From: Rebecca billardiae RCC1528
Taxonomy: Eukaryota; Protista; Haptophyta
DNA length: 64,000 bases
Direction: 5' to 3'
Assembly: GCA_965240325.2 (NCBI GenBank)
Contig: OZ251233.1
Coordinates: 62,001 to 126,000, forward strand
Positions 1 to 11,200 of the stretch are shown piece after piece; position 1 is the stretch's first letter, and every line of letters starts with the position of its first letter. The notes under the pieces are model-generated. The model searched no databases and had not been told where the DNA came from. It saw nothing but the letters and a program-made list of their open reading frames with translations. A program made the position numbers and the translations under genes.

Positions 1-751
1 TCCCGTTCGGGTTGGCCTTGGTCATCCATCCACTTCCAGTCACTCATCAGTCAGACGTCGTCAGTCTACGGCTACCTTAGTTACAGTTTACTAAGAATAG
101 TATATATATATAGACGAATAAGAGACGCACACAGCTCAGGCAGGCGACTATTACTGTCATCACGTACGTCGTACTACTTGACGACTCCTGGCTGTGAGTC
201 TCATCATCACCATCATCAGGAGCATCATGAGCAGTCGTGAGTCGTCGACTCACAGCATCAGTCAGCAAGACATAGTGGGGTCAGAGCTCCGACCGTTACA
301 CTCCCGAGTGACACAATCTCCCGAAATCTCGAAATATGAAATATCTCCTCAGTTTATAAGTGTTTGAGTCCGTTTAAGTTCGTTTAGGCTTAATTCCAGG
401 GTGTAGAATCCGTCTGTGCCAATTTCAGACTGTCAGTGTCAAAATGTGATCTAGCAGGTGCGATTCTGGTGCAAATAGCGAGATCACCTTGGAGATCGTG
501 TATCCCCCCTACTAATGTTGCCGAGATCGCGTCGAGACCGAGATCGTATATCTCCAGCAGTATGCATATGTGACATTTTTATTTCATTCGCAAAACTTGT
601 CAGCGTGACCCCAGGTGCAGGTCATTTCAGGCCGGAATATTGATGCATGCATCCCGAAGTTTGAGAGCCTCATCTCAAGACGACAGAAAGTTGGATTTTG
701 GGCCACACACGCCACAGTGGGGCTCTGGCCCCTCTAAGCAAGACAGCATTA

Positions 752-2119
752 TTAGCCCTCAGCCTGATTGGCAGCAGCAGTCGTCACCGCCGCCGCGGCG
801 CGCCACTCTGTGCAGTGCGGCTTGTGCGTTTTCCACGCGCTCCGCAGGTGCTCGCGGCAGCAGAAGACCGCCACGAGGCACCGCTCGCACTTCTTCACGC
901 CACGGCCTGACTTGGCGCACACCATGCAGCACGCAGCGGCCACCTCGCGATCTCCGGCATAGGCGCCGAACACCTTGCTCGGATCCACCACGGAGCCGTC
1001 AAGCTCGTGCCCGCAGCGCAGCAGCCGCACTGCCTCCGCCACGTCGCGCTGCACGGCCCCGCCTGCAAGTAGCAGGCGCGCCAATGCCGAGTGGGCTTCT
1101 GGCTGACCGCCGTCGATGGCCAGCCGGTACCAGCGCACCACCTCGGCCATATCCTGCGGCACGCCCTTGCCTTGTTCGTAGCACTCGCCCAGGTTGATCT
1201 GCGCATCTGCATAGCCCTGCTCGGCTGCCAGCCGGTACAAGCGCACCGCCTCAGCCCAGTCCTGCGGCACGCCCTTGCCATGTTCGTAGCACACGCCCAG
1301 GTTGATCTGCGCAGATGCCTCGCCCTGCTCGGCCGCCTGCCGGTACCAGCGCACCGCCTCGGCCCAGTCCTGCGGCACGCCCTCTCCTTCCTGGTAGCAC
1401 CAGCCCAGGTTGCTCTGCGCAATGGCATCGCCCTGCTCGGCCGCCCGCCGGTACCAGCGCACCGCCTCGGCCATATCCTGCGGCACGCCCTCGCCTTGTT
1501 TGTAGCACGCGCCCAGGTTTTTCTGCGCACCTGCATTGCCCTGCTCGGCCGCCCGCCGGAACCAGCGCACCGCCTCGGCCATATCCTGCGGCACGCCCTT
1601 GCCTTGTTTGTAGCACGCGCCCAGGTTGTTCTGCGCACCTGCATTGCCCTGCTCGGCCGCCCGCCGGTACCAGCGCACCGCCTCGGCCATATCCTGCGGC
1701 ACGCCCTTGCCTTGTTTGTAGCACGCGCCCAGGTTGTTCTGCGCAGCTGCATTGCCCTGCTCGGCCGCCAGACGGCACCAGCGCACCGCCTCGGCCATAT
1801 CCTGCGGCACGCCCTTGCCTTGTTCGTAGCACACGCCCAGGTTGCTCTGCGCACCTGCATCGCCCTGCTCGGCCGCCAGCCGGAACCATCGCACCGCCTC
1901 GGCCCAATTCGGCGTGGCCGCGTAGATCTGGCCCAAACGTTGCTGCGCTTGCGCAAACCCACGATTCGCAGCGAGGACGTAGAGGCGAACCGCCTCGTCG
2001 GGGTCCAGGGGCACACCCTCGCCCGATTCGGTGCGCCTCGCCAGCAGGAAGGTCGCACGTGCGTCGCCCCGCCCCGCCGCGCGCCGGAGCTTGCGGACCC
2101 CGGCATCGTCACCCGCCAT
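752..2119 (-). CDS. Sel1-like repeat (SLR) protein with C-terminal MYND-type zinc finger
   Basis: About 9-10 36-aa SLR units (AQxNLGxCYxxGxGVPQDxAEAVRWYRxAAEQG). C-terminus CMVC..CERC..FCCREH..W.TH.PHC matches zf-MYND. Intronless. Confidence 0.9.
   Translation of the reverse strand: MAGDDAGVRKLRRAAGRGDARATFLLARRTESGEGVPLDPDEAVRLYVLAANRGFAQAQQRLGQIYAATPNWAEAVRWFRLAAEQGDAGAQSNLGVCYEQGKGVPQDMAEAVRWCRLAAEQGNAAAQNNLGACYKQGKGVPQDMAEAVRWYRRAAEQGNAGAQNNLGACYKQGKGVPQDMAEAVRWFRRAAEQGNAGAQKNLGACYKQGEGVPQDMAEAVRWYRRAAEQGDAIAQSNLGWCYQEGEGVPQDWAEAVRWYRQAAEQGEASAQINLGVCYEHGKGVPQDWAEAVRLYRLAAEQGYADAQINLGECYEQGKGVPQDMAEVVRWYRLAIDGGQPEAHSALARLLLAGGAVQRDVAEAVRLLRCGHELDGSVVDPSKVFGAYAGDREVAAACCMVCAKSGRGVKKCERCLVAVFCCREHLRSAWKTHKPHCTEWRAAAAVTTAAANQAEG
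1110..1905. repeat. 108-bp tandem repeat array encoding the SLR units
   Basis: cctgcggcacgccc and ccctgctcggc recur every 108 nt; boundaries approximate. Confidence 0.9.
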
Positions 2120-2629
2120 CGTGTTGGTGGCAGTGCACCCACGTGCGATTGATGTGTCTAATTATGGGGGGCTCAACTGCCAGGGGTGGTTTTGGGGGTA
2201 CGTGCACGGCCCTTGGTACGTGGTTTTGGCAGTTGAGCTCAACTGCCATTGATTGAGATCTGGCCCAAACGTTGCTGCCTCGCCTCGTCCCGCCGAGCGC
2301 GGGACGAAACAAGGCGAAGGCGGCGAGAAGCGCGACGTTTCGTGAGTCCCGCGCACAAGGCCGAACGCCAGCGTTTCAAGCCGCAAGATCGCGTGCGCGG
2401 ACTCAGGAAGGGCAGTCTCCGAGGCAAGGCGCGGTTGCGCTGGCGTGACGGTGGGCGGTAGCCGTCCCAGATTGTGTCAACCGTCCGAGCCGCTGCACAC
2501 GCTTTTCCTCCGCGCGCGCGTCTCTGAGCTCGATTCCCATGCCTCAGCCAGTGCACGCAGAGAGCCGCATCGGTTGGGAGCTCAGGCAGGCGAGCAGGCG
2601 GCAGTAGTGATGCTGTCATTATTTCAGAT

Positions 2630-2739
2630 GGCCCGCGGTGCAGGGCGGAGCGCGTAGCGTGGAGCCCCGCGGCCGCCGCCGGGGCTCTCACTACGTAGTG
2701 AGTATAGTGACTACGTTGTCAAAAACTCAAAAAGATCTT
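2630..2739 (+). mobile_element. 5' stub of asymmetric-IR element family 2
   Basis: AT|GGCCCGCGGTGCAGGGCGGAGCGCGTAGCGTGGAGCCC...actacgttgtcaaaaa, the same as the 5' ends at 59079 and 59650. Confidence 0.75.
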
Positions 2740-2780
2740 ATATCGCCTGCCCGTTGCATACCACGTCGTTAATATATTAA

Positions 2781-3188
2781 CGGCGTGGCCTATGCAACGG
2801 GCAGGCGTCAGAGTCAGCAAGCTGTAGCAGCAGATCGAGCAGCAGAGACAAACACCAGGATCAGCGCTCCTCGCCGTCGTCCCCCCCCCCCCCCCGTAGT
2901 CGCCCATCACTCCATCGCCGAGCGGAAGCTCGACGCACCGTCTGGCGTCGACGCGCGCGCGCCACCGCGGTGGTCGCGGTGCCACGCGTCGTCAGCCGTC
3001 GTCTCGAAGTAGTCGTCGTACGCAGCGCCCCCGCGGGCGCGTGCCCCCGGCCGCACGTGCGCCATGCGCGCGCGGGCGATGAGCATCTTGGCCTGGCCAC
3101 GCAGGCAGCGCATGCCCAGCTCGCGCCGCATGGTGCCGAGCAGCGCGCGCTCATATATATATTATTTTGTCTACTACTATATCTTTTG

Positions 3189-3227
<39 letters not shown>

Positions 3228-3371
3228 ATATATATGCTGGAGCGATGGGCGACTACGAGGGGGGGGGGGACGACGGCGAGGAGCGCTGATCCTGGTGTTT
3301 GTCTCTGCTGCTCGATCTGCCGCTACAGCTAGTGCTGACTGGCTGACGCCTGCCCGTTGCATACCACGTCG
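2781..3371. mobile_element. MITE-like element with ~135-bp TIRs flanked by TTAA
   Basis: 2781-~2914 is the reverse complement of ~3238-3371. TTAA at 2777-2780 and 3372-3375. Same terminus as a stub at 2744-2768 and at 63180. Confidence 0.8.
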
Positions 3372-3760
3372 TTAATATATATATATATATATATTATATA
3401 TTATATATGTCGACCGGCGAGAACCGTAGTATATTTCACTGCTAGTAGCTAGTAATTCGATCTTTTTTATTCAGTCGGCGCGTGGCGCACAGGCCACAGC
3501 GCTAAATGCTGCGCTTGCGACTGTTTCGGCATCACCGTCCGGGCGTCGCCGTCGGCGCGACGCTGCAGCCTCGCTCAAGCTCCGCGCGGCACGCGCAGAC
3601 TCGAGTCCCCCTCCCCCTCGTCCGCTTGCACCAGCGCACGCCGTGATTGCAGTGCGCGGCCAGCCGCCCGCCGGTGAGCGGCGCGGTGGGTCGTCAGGGC
3701 TCCGCGCGCCAGCCCTCCTCATCAGGGCCACAGCCGGATCACTCAGGTGACTCAGGTGAC

Positions 3761-5739
3761 TCAGGTCTGCTCCTCGGGCCTCGGCCCGAGCTGGTCCGAG
3801 TAGAAGTTGTGCCCGCCGAGCTCGAGCAGCATCTTGTCCGGCGTGTCGTTCCAGGTCTCGCCGAACGCCGCGCGGTTCACCCGCCCGGCGCGCGCGCGGC
3901 CCGCCTCCGCCGCCGAGCGCGCGCGCGTCTGCGCGTCGTCGGCCGCGCCGCCGCCCAGCCCCCAGACCTCGACCGCGCCCACCGCGGCACCGTCGAGCGT
4001 GAGCGGCGGCACGCCGGCCGCGCCCCGCCGCAGCAGGTCGTCCTGCGGGGGGCAAGGGGCGGCGGGGGCGCGGCGGGGGCACGCCGCGGTGAGCACCGCG
4101 CCACCGCACGCAGTGCGCGGTGCCGTGCCGTGCGCTGCCGTGCGCCGCTCACCTCGTACGTGCCGTCCGAGTGGGCCAGGTGCGCGCGCGTCATGTCCGC
4201 ACGCAGCGCGCAGCGGTACTGGGACGCGGCCGCGCCGTACCCGCCGCCCCACGCGAGCATCTCCTCCTCGGCCGCCGCGCCCCCGCCCCCGTGCCGCCCG
4301 CTGCCGCCGCCGCCCAGGATGGCGTGCACGGGCTGGCTGAAGAGCGCGCAGCGGTGCGCGCCCCCGCCCTTGGGCGCGTGCGCGTGGAAGCCGGGGCGCA
4401 GCGAGAGCAGCCGACACGCCTCGCCGCCGAACGGCGCGGCCTTGCCCGCGGCCTTCCACGGCTCGTCCACGTACGCCGCCCACGCCACCTGCGCGCCGCC
4501 CTCCGCGCCCTCTGCGTGCTTGCAGACGCACGCCAGCAGCGTGGGCCCCTTGTACCCCAGCACGTGCTTGGAGAAGCGGTTGGCGCCCAGCCCGTGCTGC
4601 GCGGACGCGTACAGCAGCCGCCACGAGGGGCACAGGCGCTGCTGCCGCTGCTGCTCGTCGAGCGGGGCGCTGGGCACGCCGAGCGAGACGGCCCACACCA
4701 GCGCCCAGCTGAGCAGCGCGCTCGGGCACACGGCGCCGCCCTCCGCCTCCGCGCCCTCCGCCGCGCCGCCGCCGCCGTGCGCAGAGCGCGGCACCTCGAG
4801 CGGCGCGCACACCAGCTCGGGCGTGCTCAGCGCGGCGCGCAGCGCGGCGACGCGCGGCAGCACGGGCGGCGCGCCGCCCCCCGCCGCGAGCACGCCCACC
4901 CCCTCGAGCAGCGCCAGCTCGAGCACCTCGCCCAGCCGCGGCACGCACGCCCCCGCCCAGCGCACCCACGCCGCGCGCGAGAGCGGCCCGCCCAGCAGCG
5001 CGTCCCGCAGCAGCGGGGCAAAGCCGGACGCGCCCGGCACGCGGCGCGCGTCGGCGCACAGGCGCATCGCGCACGCGAGCAGCGCCGTGAGCGCGCGCTC
5101 GTCCAGCGCGCCCGGCGGCTCGAGCTCGGCCGCCGCGTGCTGCGCCCCGCCCCCGCCCCCGCCCTCGCCCTCGCCCCCGCCCCCGCCCTGCGGCTGCGGC
5201 TGCGGGCCGTCGCCCAGCCGCGCGTCGAGGGCGAGCACGGCGTCGGACGGCCGGACGTGCGCGTCGCAGAAGAGGTCGAACCACGCGCGCAGACGCCGCG
5301 CGTTCGCCGCGCGCTCCGAGTGCGCGAGCGGCGGCGGCTTCGCCATCAGCGCCAGCCCGTCCACCCAGCCCGCCCACGCGATGCCCGACCCCTCGCCCTC
5401 CGCATCGGCCGGCGCGGCGGCGCCGGCGAGCGCGACGAAGAGGCGCTCGATGGCGGGCGTGGGGAGCAGGGCGTCGAACCCCGCGCGCAGCTGCGCGCGG
5501 CTCAGCCCCGCCGCGCCGCCGCGCGCGTGCGCCGCCCGGAGCGCGCGCAGCTCGTCCGCGTCAAACCGGCCGGCGTGCGTCGGGCCGGCGGACGCGTCGC
5601 CGCGCTCGTTGGCCTCCAGGTCGTCCCGCGCGGGCGGGCTGTCGGAGAACATGCCGCCCATCACCTTCCAGAACGCGCCCATCAGCCCGCGCCGCTCGTC
5701 CGCCGAGAAGAGCGCGCCCATCGTCGTGCAGCAGCCCAT
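3761..5739 (-). CDS. TLDc-domain protein (TLDC1/MEAK7-like), 2 exons (5739-4153, 4042-3761)
   Basis: WRLLYASAQHGLGANRFSKHVLGYKGPTLL, FGGEACRLLSLRP, VEVWGLGG and a PDKMLLELGG tail. GT-AG intron 4043-4152 joins the two frames. Start at 5739 (MGCC) or 5721 (MGALFS). Confidence 0.85.
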
Positions 5740-5956
5740 GCACCGACGCGCGGCGGTGGCTCTTCGGCTCGTCGCCGCCAATTTGGATTCAAGCAGGAGC
5801 GTTTGAGCTCGTCGAGCCGCCATCGTGCCGGCGAATCTTCTGGCGAGCGGCGGTGGCACCGGTTGCTCAGCAGTCCTGGCGCCTGCCCAGCGCATCCTGC
5901 CGACTGGAGAAGTGGCTGTGCACCGCCCGCCCTCCACGCGCGCGCCCTCCGCAGCC

Positions 5957-6250
5957 ATGACTACGCACGTGAGCATCCAGTACTGCGGCGCATGAGGGTA
6001 CGACCGGTACTACCACGCCCTCCACGGCGAGATCGTGATGGCCTTCGGCAACGCCGTGCAGGTCACGGGCGTGCGCGACAGGGCCGCGACCGGCAACTTT
6101 GAGGTGACGCTCGCGACCGACGCGGGCGAGGAGCTGCTGCACTCGAAGAAGACGCGCGGGCAGGGCAAGTGCCAGAGCGCGGAGGAGAAGCAGGCCGTGA
6201 TCGACGCCATCGCCGCGCGCCTCGCCGCCGCGAAGGGTGACGACGAGTAG
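5957..6250 (+). CDS. SELENOW: Selenoprotein W-like (Rdx family), 97 aa, Sec at TGA 5993-5995
   Basis: MTTHVSIQYCGA(U)GYDRYY...TGNFEVT...LLHSKK: CxxU and tGxFEV Rdx motifs in one frame, with a SECIS downstream. Confidence 0.93.
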
Positions 6251-6294
6251 GCCGCTAAGGCCGGCACCGCGGCCGGTGGCGCTCGCGGCCGGGG

Positions 6295-6362
6295 GCGCTG
6301 CCGTGACGGGCCTGCCGCCAAGCACGCCGCGCGTGCCCGGCACGGCCCCGACAGCTCAGCGC
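6295..6362 (+). promoter_or_regulatory. SECIS element (type II, GUGA core)
   Basis: Helix I gcgctg/cagcgc. Core GTGAC (6303-6307) / CGAC (6349-6352). Helix II gggcc-tgccg / cggca-c-ggccc. Unpaired AA at 6320-6321. Apical ministem gcacg/cgtgc. Confidence 0.88.
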
Positions 6363-6874
6363 AGCACCAGCGCGCCCCAGCCGCTTCGCGAGCACGGCAG
6401 ACACCGCCCCACGGCTCGGCCCGGCGGCGCAAGGCCATTCGGCAGCCATCAGCAGCGGCCCGACCTGACTCTCGGACCTCAGACCGTAGCTCTGAGTGGA
6501 GTGAGTGGAGTCAGCGTGGTAGTGCTCCGGCGCGTGTGACTCCGAAGTCCGATTCCAACGGCCGCTCCTAATAAGCATTCGGCTACTGTTGGCGGCGGAC
6601 CGATAAGAATCTATAACGCGTGGCGCAGTGATGACGACCGGACAACGCGCGCGCTAGAGTCGTGTATATACGGCAGCATGTATCTAGCAGCAGCAGACCC
6701 AGCCACGCGGTGGCGACAGAGCTGCCCGGGCGCCATATCGTCGTCGTCATCATCAGCACAATAATCAGCAGCAGCAGCATGATGCGCATCGTCAGCGCCG
6801 ACGACGACGCCCCTGCTGACCAAGCACCGCCCCGCGAGACGGCACCACGCGGCGCCCGCGCCCAGCGGAACACG

Positions 6875-8145
6875 TCAGCGGAACACGAGGTCCTTGGCGT
6901 TGCGCACGCGCCGCTTGAACGCGTCGAAGCGCTTCTTGGCGCTGACGAGCGCGGCCGGGGCGGCGCTGTACGCCGGCAGCGAGAGCAGCTGCGCGCCCGG
7001 AGCCGGCGCGAGCATGTTCTGCACGAGGCCGTACGCGAGCTCGGGCACGAGCCGCGCGTTCGGGTGGAAGCACGAGAGCGCGTCGGTCAGCCGCCAGTCG
7101 AAGCTGAAGCCGAGCAGCAGCGGGCGGAAGCGCACGACAAACGACGCGCCGTCATCAAACTCGGCGGCGAGCTCGCGCATCGCGCCGTTGAGCGCGCGCG
7201 CGTACGCGTCCGCGCTGGCGTCGATCGGGTTGAAGACGGTCTTCTCCTTGAGGAAGTGCGTCGTCTTCCACACCGTCACGCCCATCCGGCACCACAGGTT
7301 GCGCTGCATCATCGTCTCGAGCGAGGAGGCCGCCTCCATCACGCCCATCAGGTTGACGTACGTGTACGGCAGCTGCGCGCGCAGCGCGAGCAGCACGGCG
7401 CGCAGGCCCGCCTTCACGCGGCCGCTGTCGCGCGGCTCCCACCACTGGTCGCCCAGCGCGGGCAGGACGGTGAGCACCTTCCACCGCTGCAGCAGCTGCG
7501 GGTACTCCGCGCGCACCCAGCCGCCCAGCTCGTGCGCCTGCCGCAGCAGCGAGAGGTCGTTGGTCGAGTTGAGCACGGTCGCGCCGTCTGACGCCGCGTT
7601 CAGCCCGCACACCGACCTGCGGGGGCGGGGAGCGCGCGGGGCGGGCGGAGAGGGCGGTTTCAAGGGGGTGGCACGGCCGGCGCGCCGCGCACGGGGCGCG
7701 CGCACCTGAGGTGCTCGCACGGGTGGTGCTCTGAGAACGGGTGCTTGCCGCTCGAGAGGCCGCGCAGCCGCGGAGAGAGGCGGCGCAGCAGCGTGCCGAG
7801 CGTCTCGACGCGCACGCCCGGCTCGAGCACGCCGTCGCCGCAGCCCCACGAGGCGCCGCGGTAGTCCACCGACGGCTGCACGCTGCGGAACTCGCGGAAG
7901 CCCACGTTGAGCCCCGTCTGCCACGAGTCGCCCATGCAGAGCAGCGCGCCCACGTCGGACGCGTTCAGCCCGCGGAAGGACGGGTGCCACGCCGCGCCGC
8001 CGCGCGCGCCGGCGAGCGCGGCGGGCGGCGCGGAGGTGGGGTCCCAGATCAGCTCCGCCGCGGGCTGCTGCGCCGCCGCGAGGCCGACGCACCACGCCGC
8101 GGCCGCCGCGCGACACGAGAGCGCCCGGCGGCGCGCGGGCGCCAT
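6875..8145 (-). CDS. Secreted SGNH/GDSL lipase, phospholipase B1-like, 2 exons (8145-7706, 7616-6875)
   Basis: Signal-like N-terminus; LCMGDSW, DYRGASWGCG, TLGTLLRRLSPRLRGLSSG, GLNAASDGA, WKVLTV and CFHPN. GT-AG intron 7617-7705 restores the frame. Confidence 0.85.
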
Positions 8146-8251
8146 CGCTCAGTAAAAAGGCGTGCCGGGCCCGGGTGGCGGGTGCCGTCCCGGGTCGGGC
8201 TTTGCACCAGAACTCGGAACTCAAGAAGGGCGGCAAAACGCACGAATCACG

Positions 8252-11200
8252 ATGGACCCGCCGCCGCGCGGCGACGACGGCGAGTCGGCCGGCGAGCCCG
8301 AGGTGTACAGCGCTGGGCTCGGCGCGCTGCGCGCCGCGCAGACGACGCTCGCCGCGCTCGACCACGCCGCCGTCGACCGCGGCACGCTCCCCTCGCACCT
8401 CAAGTCCACGCTCTCGCGCACGCCGCGCGCCGAGCGCGCCGAGCGCTCGCGCCCCACGCCGCCCTCGCACGCGCCGTCGCACTCGCCGCGCGACGCCGAG
8501 CGGCGCGCGGCGCGCGACGGGCCCGCGATCGAGCCCACGGGCACGGGCGGCCCGCGCGCCGACACGGCCGACGCGCCGCACGCGCGCGCGCGCGCGCGCG
8601 CGCTCGCGGACGCGCTCGAGGCGTGCGCGCACACGCGCACACAGGCGGCGGTCGCGGCGGAGGAGGCGGCGGCGCCGACGGCAGCCGCGGCCGAGCCGTG
8701 CGGGGAGGACGAGTGGACCGAGGGTGGCGGCGCGTGCGCGCTGGGCTTCTGCCTCGGCGCCGAGTCCGCCTCTCTCGACTATGGCGGCTGGCCGCACACG
8801 ACGGGCGGCGAGGGCGAGGGCGAGGGCGAGGGCGGCGGCGGCGGCGCGGCGGCGGTGGAGGCGGGCGTCGCGGGGTCGGGGCCGCCGGCGGTGGGGCCGG
8901 CGGGCACGCAGCTGCTGCCGGGCTCGGGGAGCGACGCCCCGCCCGCGGCCGACACCCCGCCGCAGGAGGCGGCGGCGCCCGCTGCTGCCGCCGCCCGCGC
9001 GCAGGCCGCGCCCGCCGCGCCCGCCGCGCCCGCACCCGGCGGCGCGCGGAGCGCCGAGCGGCCGCCGAGCGCGGGCACGGCGGCCGCGATGACGCCCGGG
9101 GCGCAGGCGGGTGCTGTGCACGCGCGCGAGGCCGACGCCGCGTGCGCCGTGCTCCCACCGCCGCGGCCGCAGATGCCGGCCTCGGCTGCCGCGCCGCTCG
9201 CCTCGCCGCGGCCGCCGGCGCAGCAGCCGCAGCAGCCGCAGCAGGAGCCGCCGCAGCCGCAGCCGCAGCCGCAGCCGCAGCAGCCGCAGCCGCAGCCGCA
9301 GCCGCAGCCGCAGCAGCCGCAGCCGCAGCAGCAGCCGCAGCAGCAGCCGCAGCAGGAGCCGCAGCAGGAGCAGCCGCAGCCGCAGCCGCAGCCGCAGCCG
9401 CAGCCGCAGCCGCAGCCGCAGCCGCAGCCGCAGCCGCAGCCGCAGCCGCAGCCGCAGCCGCAGCCGCAGCCGCAGCCGCAGCCGCAGCCGCAGCCGCACG
9501 GCCGCTCGCCGGCGGCGGCGCCGCCGCCGACCGCGCCAGTCGCGCCGAGCCCCTCGGCCGCGCGCTTCCTCCCGTCGCTGCTCTCCGGCTCGCCGCGCAC
9601 GCTCGACGTCTCGCCGGCCGCGCAGCCCGCGCCCACGCCATCCGCCCCCTCAGCCGCGCGCGACGGCGGCAGCGGCGGCGCCGACCGCGCGGAGGGGCAG
9701 CATGCGCCGCCGGGCCGGGGGGCGGGGCCGCGCTCGGCGCCCACGCCGCTCGCAGACGACGCCACGCCGGGCGGCGCGCGGTACGGCCGCGCGTTCGCGC
9801 CCCCCAGCCTTGACGGCGCGCCGTGCACCGCGGCCGCCACCGCCGCCGCCACGCCCGCGCGAGCCACGCAGCCCTCCGCGGCCGCCCGCCCAGCTGGCGC
9901 GCCCGGCGCCGAGCAGCACGGCACCGAGGGCGGGCCCAGCGCTGCCGCGCACCCCGGGGGCGGGGCGTGCGCGTCCGGCCACGCGCCGGGTGCGCCCGCG
10001 GCCGCCGGCGGCGGCGGCAGCGCTGCCGCGGCGGAGGGCGCCGAGCGCGCGCCTCCGGCCGCGCCATCCGCGCCTTCACTCGCGGCCGCGCGGTCGCCCC
10101 GGCTGCACCACGCGGCCGATGCGGCCGATGCGGCCTCTCCCGATGCGGCCTCTCCCGATGCGGCCTCTCCCGATGCGGCCTCTCCCGATGCGGCCTCGGC
10201 GGACGCCGCGCCCGCCTGCGAGGGCGAGCGCGCCGCCGGGCGCGCCGGGGACGCCGCGCCCGCCGCGCCCGCCGCGCCCGCCATCTCGGCGCTCGGGCCG
10301 CTCTGGCCGTCGCCTGACGCGCAGGCGGCGCCGCCCTACCCCTACCCCGACTCGCTGGGCGCGGCGCCGCCCTCCGCCCCGGGGCCGGTGCCGGCCGAGC
10401 GGCGCGCGAGCGGCGGTGCGGACGGGTGCGCGCGTGCGAGCGCCGAGGTCGGCCGCCTGGGCCCCGGCCCCGGCCCCAGCCCCAGCCCCAGCCCCAGCCT
10501 GACGGAGCAGTGGGGCCGTGCGCGGCAGCGCTCGCTGCTCAGCCCGGGGGCGGAGGAGGCGGAGGCGGCGGAGGCGGCGGAGGAGGGCCCTTTCTCCCTC
10601 GCGCGCCCCGAGGAGGCGGGTGCGGCGGGTGCGGCGGGTGCGGCGGATGCGGCGGGGCCGGAGGCGGGGCCTGAAGGCGGGCGCGGCGGCGCACGGCCGC
10701 ACGGCGCAGCGGGCGGCGCACGCGCGGGCGCGCGCCAGGGCGCAGGCGCGGCCGACGCGGCGGCGCTGGCGGCGGACGGAGCAGCGGCGGCGGCGGCGGC
10801 CGAGCTGCCGCCGCCCTCGCAGCCGCCGCCCTCGCCGCTGGCCTCGGAGGGCACGCAGCACGGCGCGCGGGGCGGCGGTGCGCGCTGCCTGTGCCCTGCC
10901 ACCCTCAGCGCCACGCCCGCCCCCTCGCCCGCCGCGGCGCGCGCCGCGCCGCTGAGCCTTCTGCCGGCAGCGGCGGCGGGCCGCGCGGCGGCCCTCGGCG
11001 CCGCGCCGGCCGCCGGCCACGAGCCGAGCGCCGCGTGCGGCGCGCTCGCAGCCGGCTGCGCGGCCGAGCGGGCGGCCGTCGAGATCCTCGCCGCCGCGAC
11101 GCCGCCGCCCGCCAGCCTCGGCCTCACGGAGGGCGCGGAGGGCGCGGAGGGGACGACCGAGTGGCCGCCCCTGCTCCCGCCGACGCCACACCCGCCGCCG

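Noticed and set aside
1-640. Lower-GC segment, possibly a mobile-element end
   Set aside because: No partner repeat or coding signal within the window.
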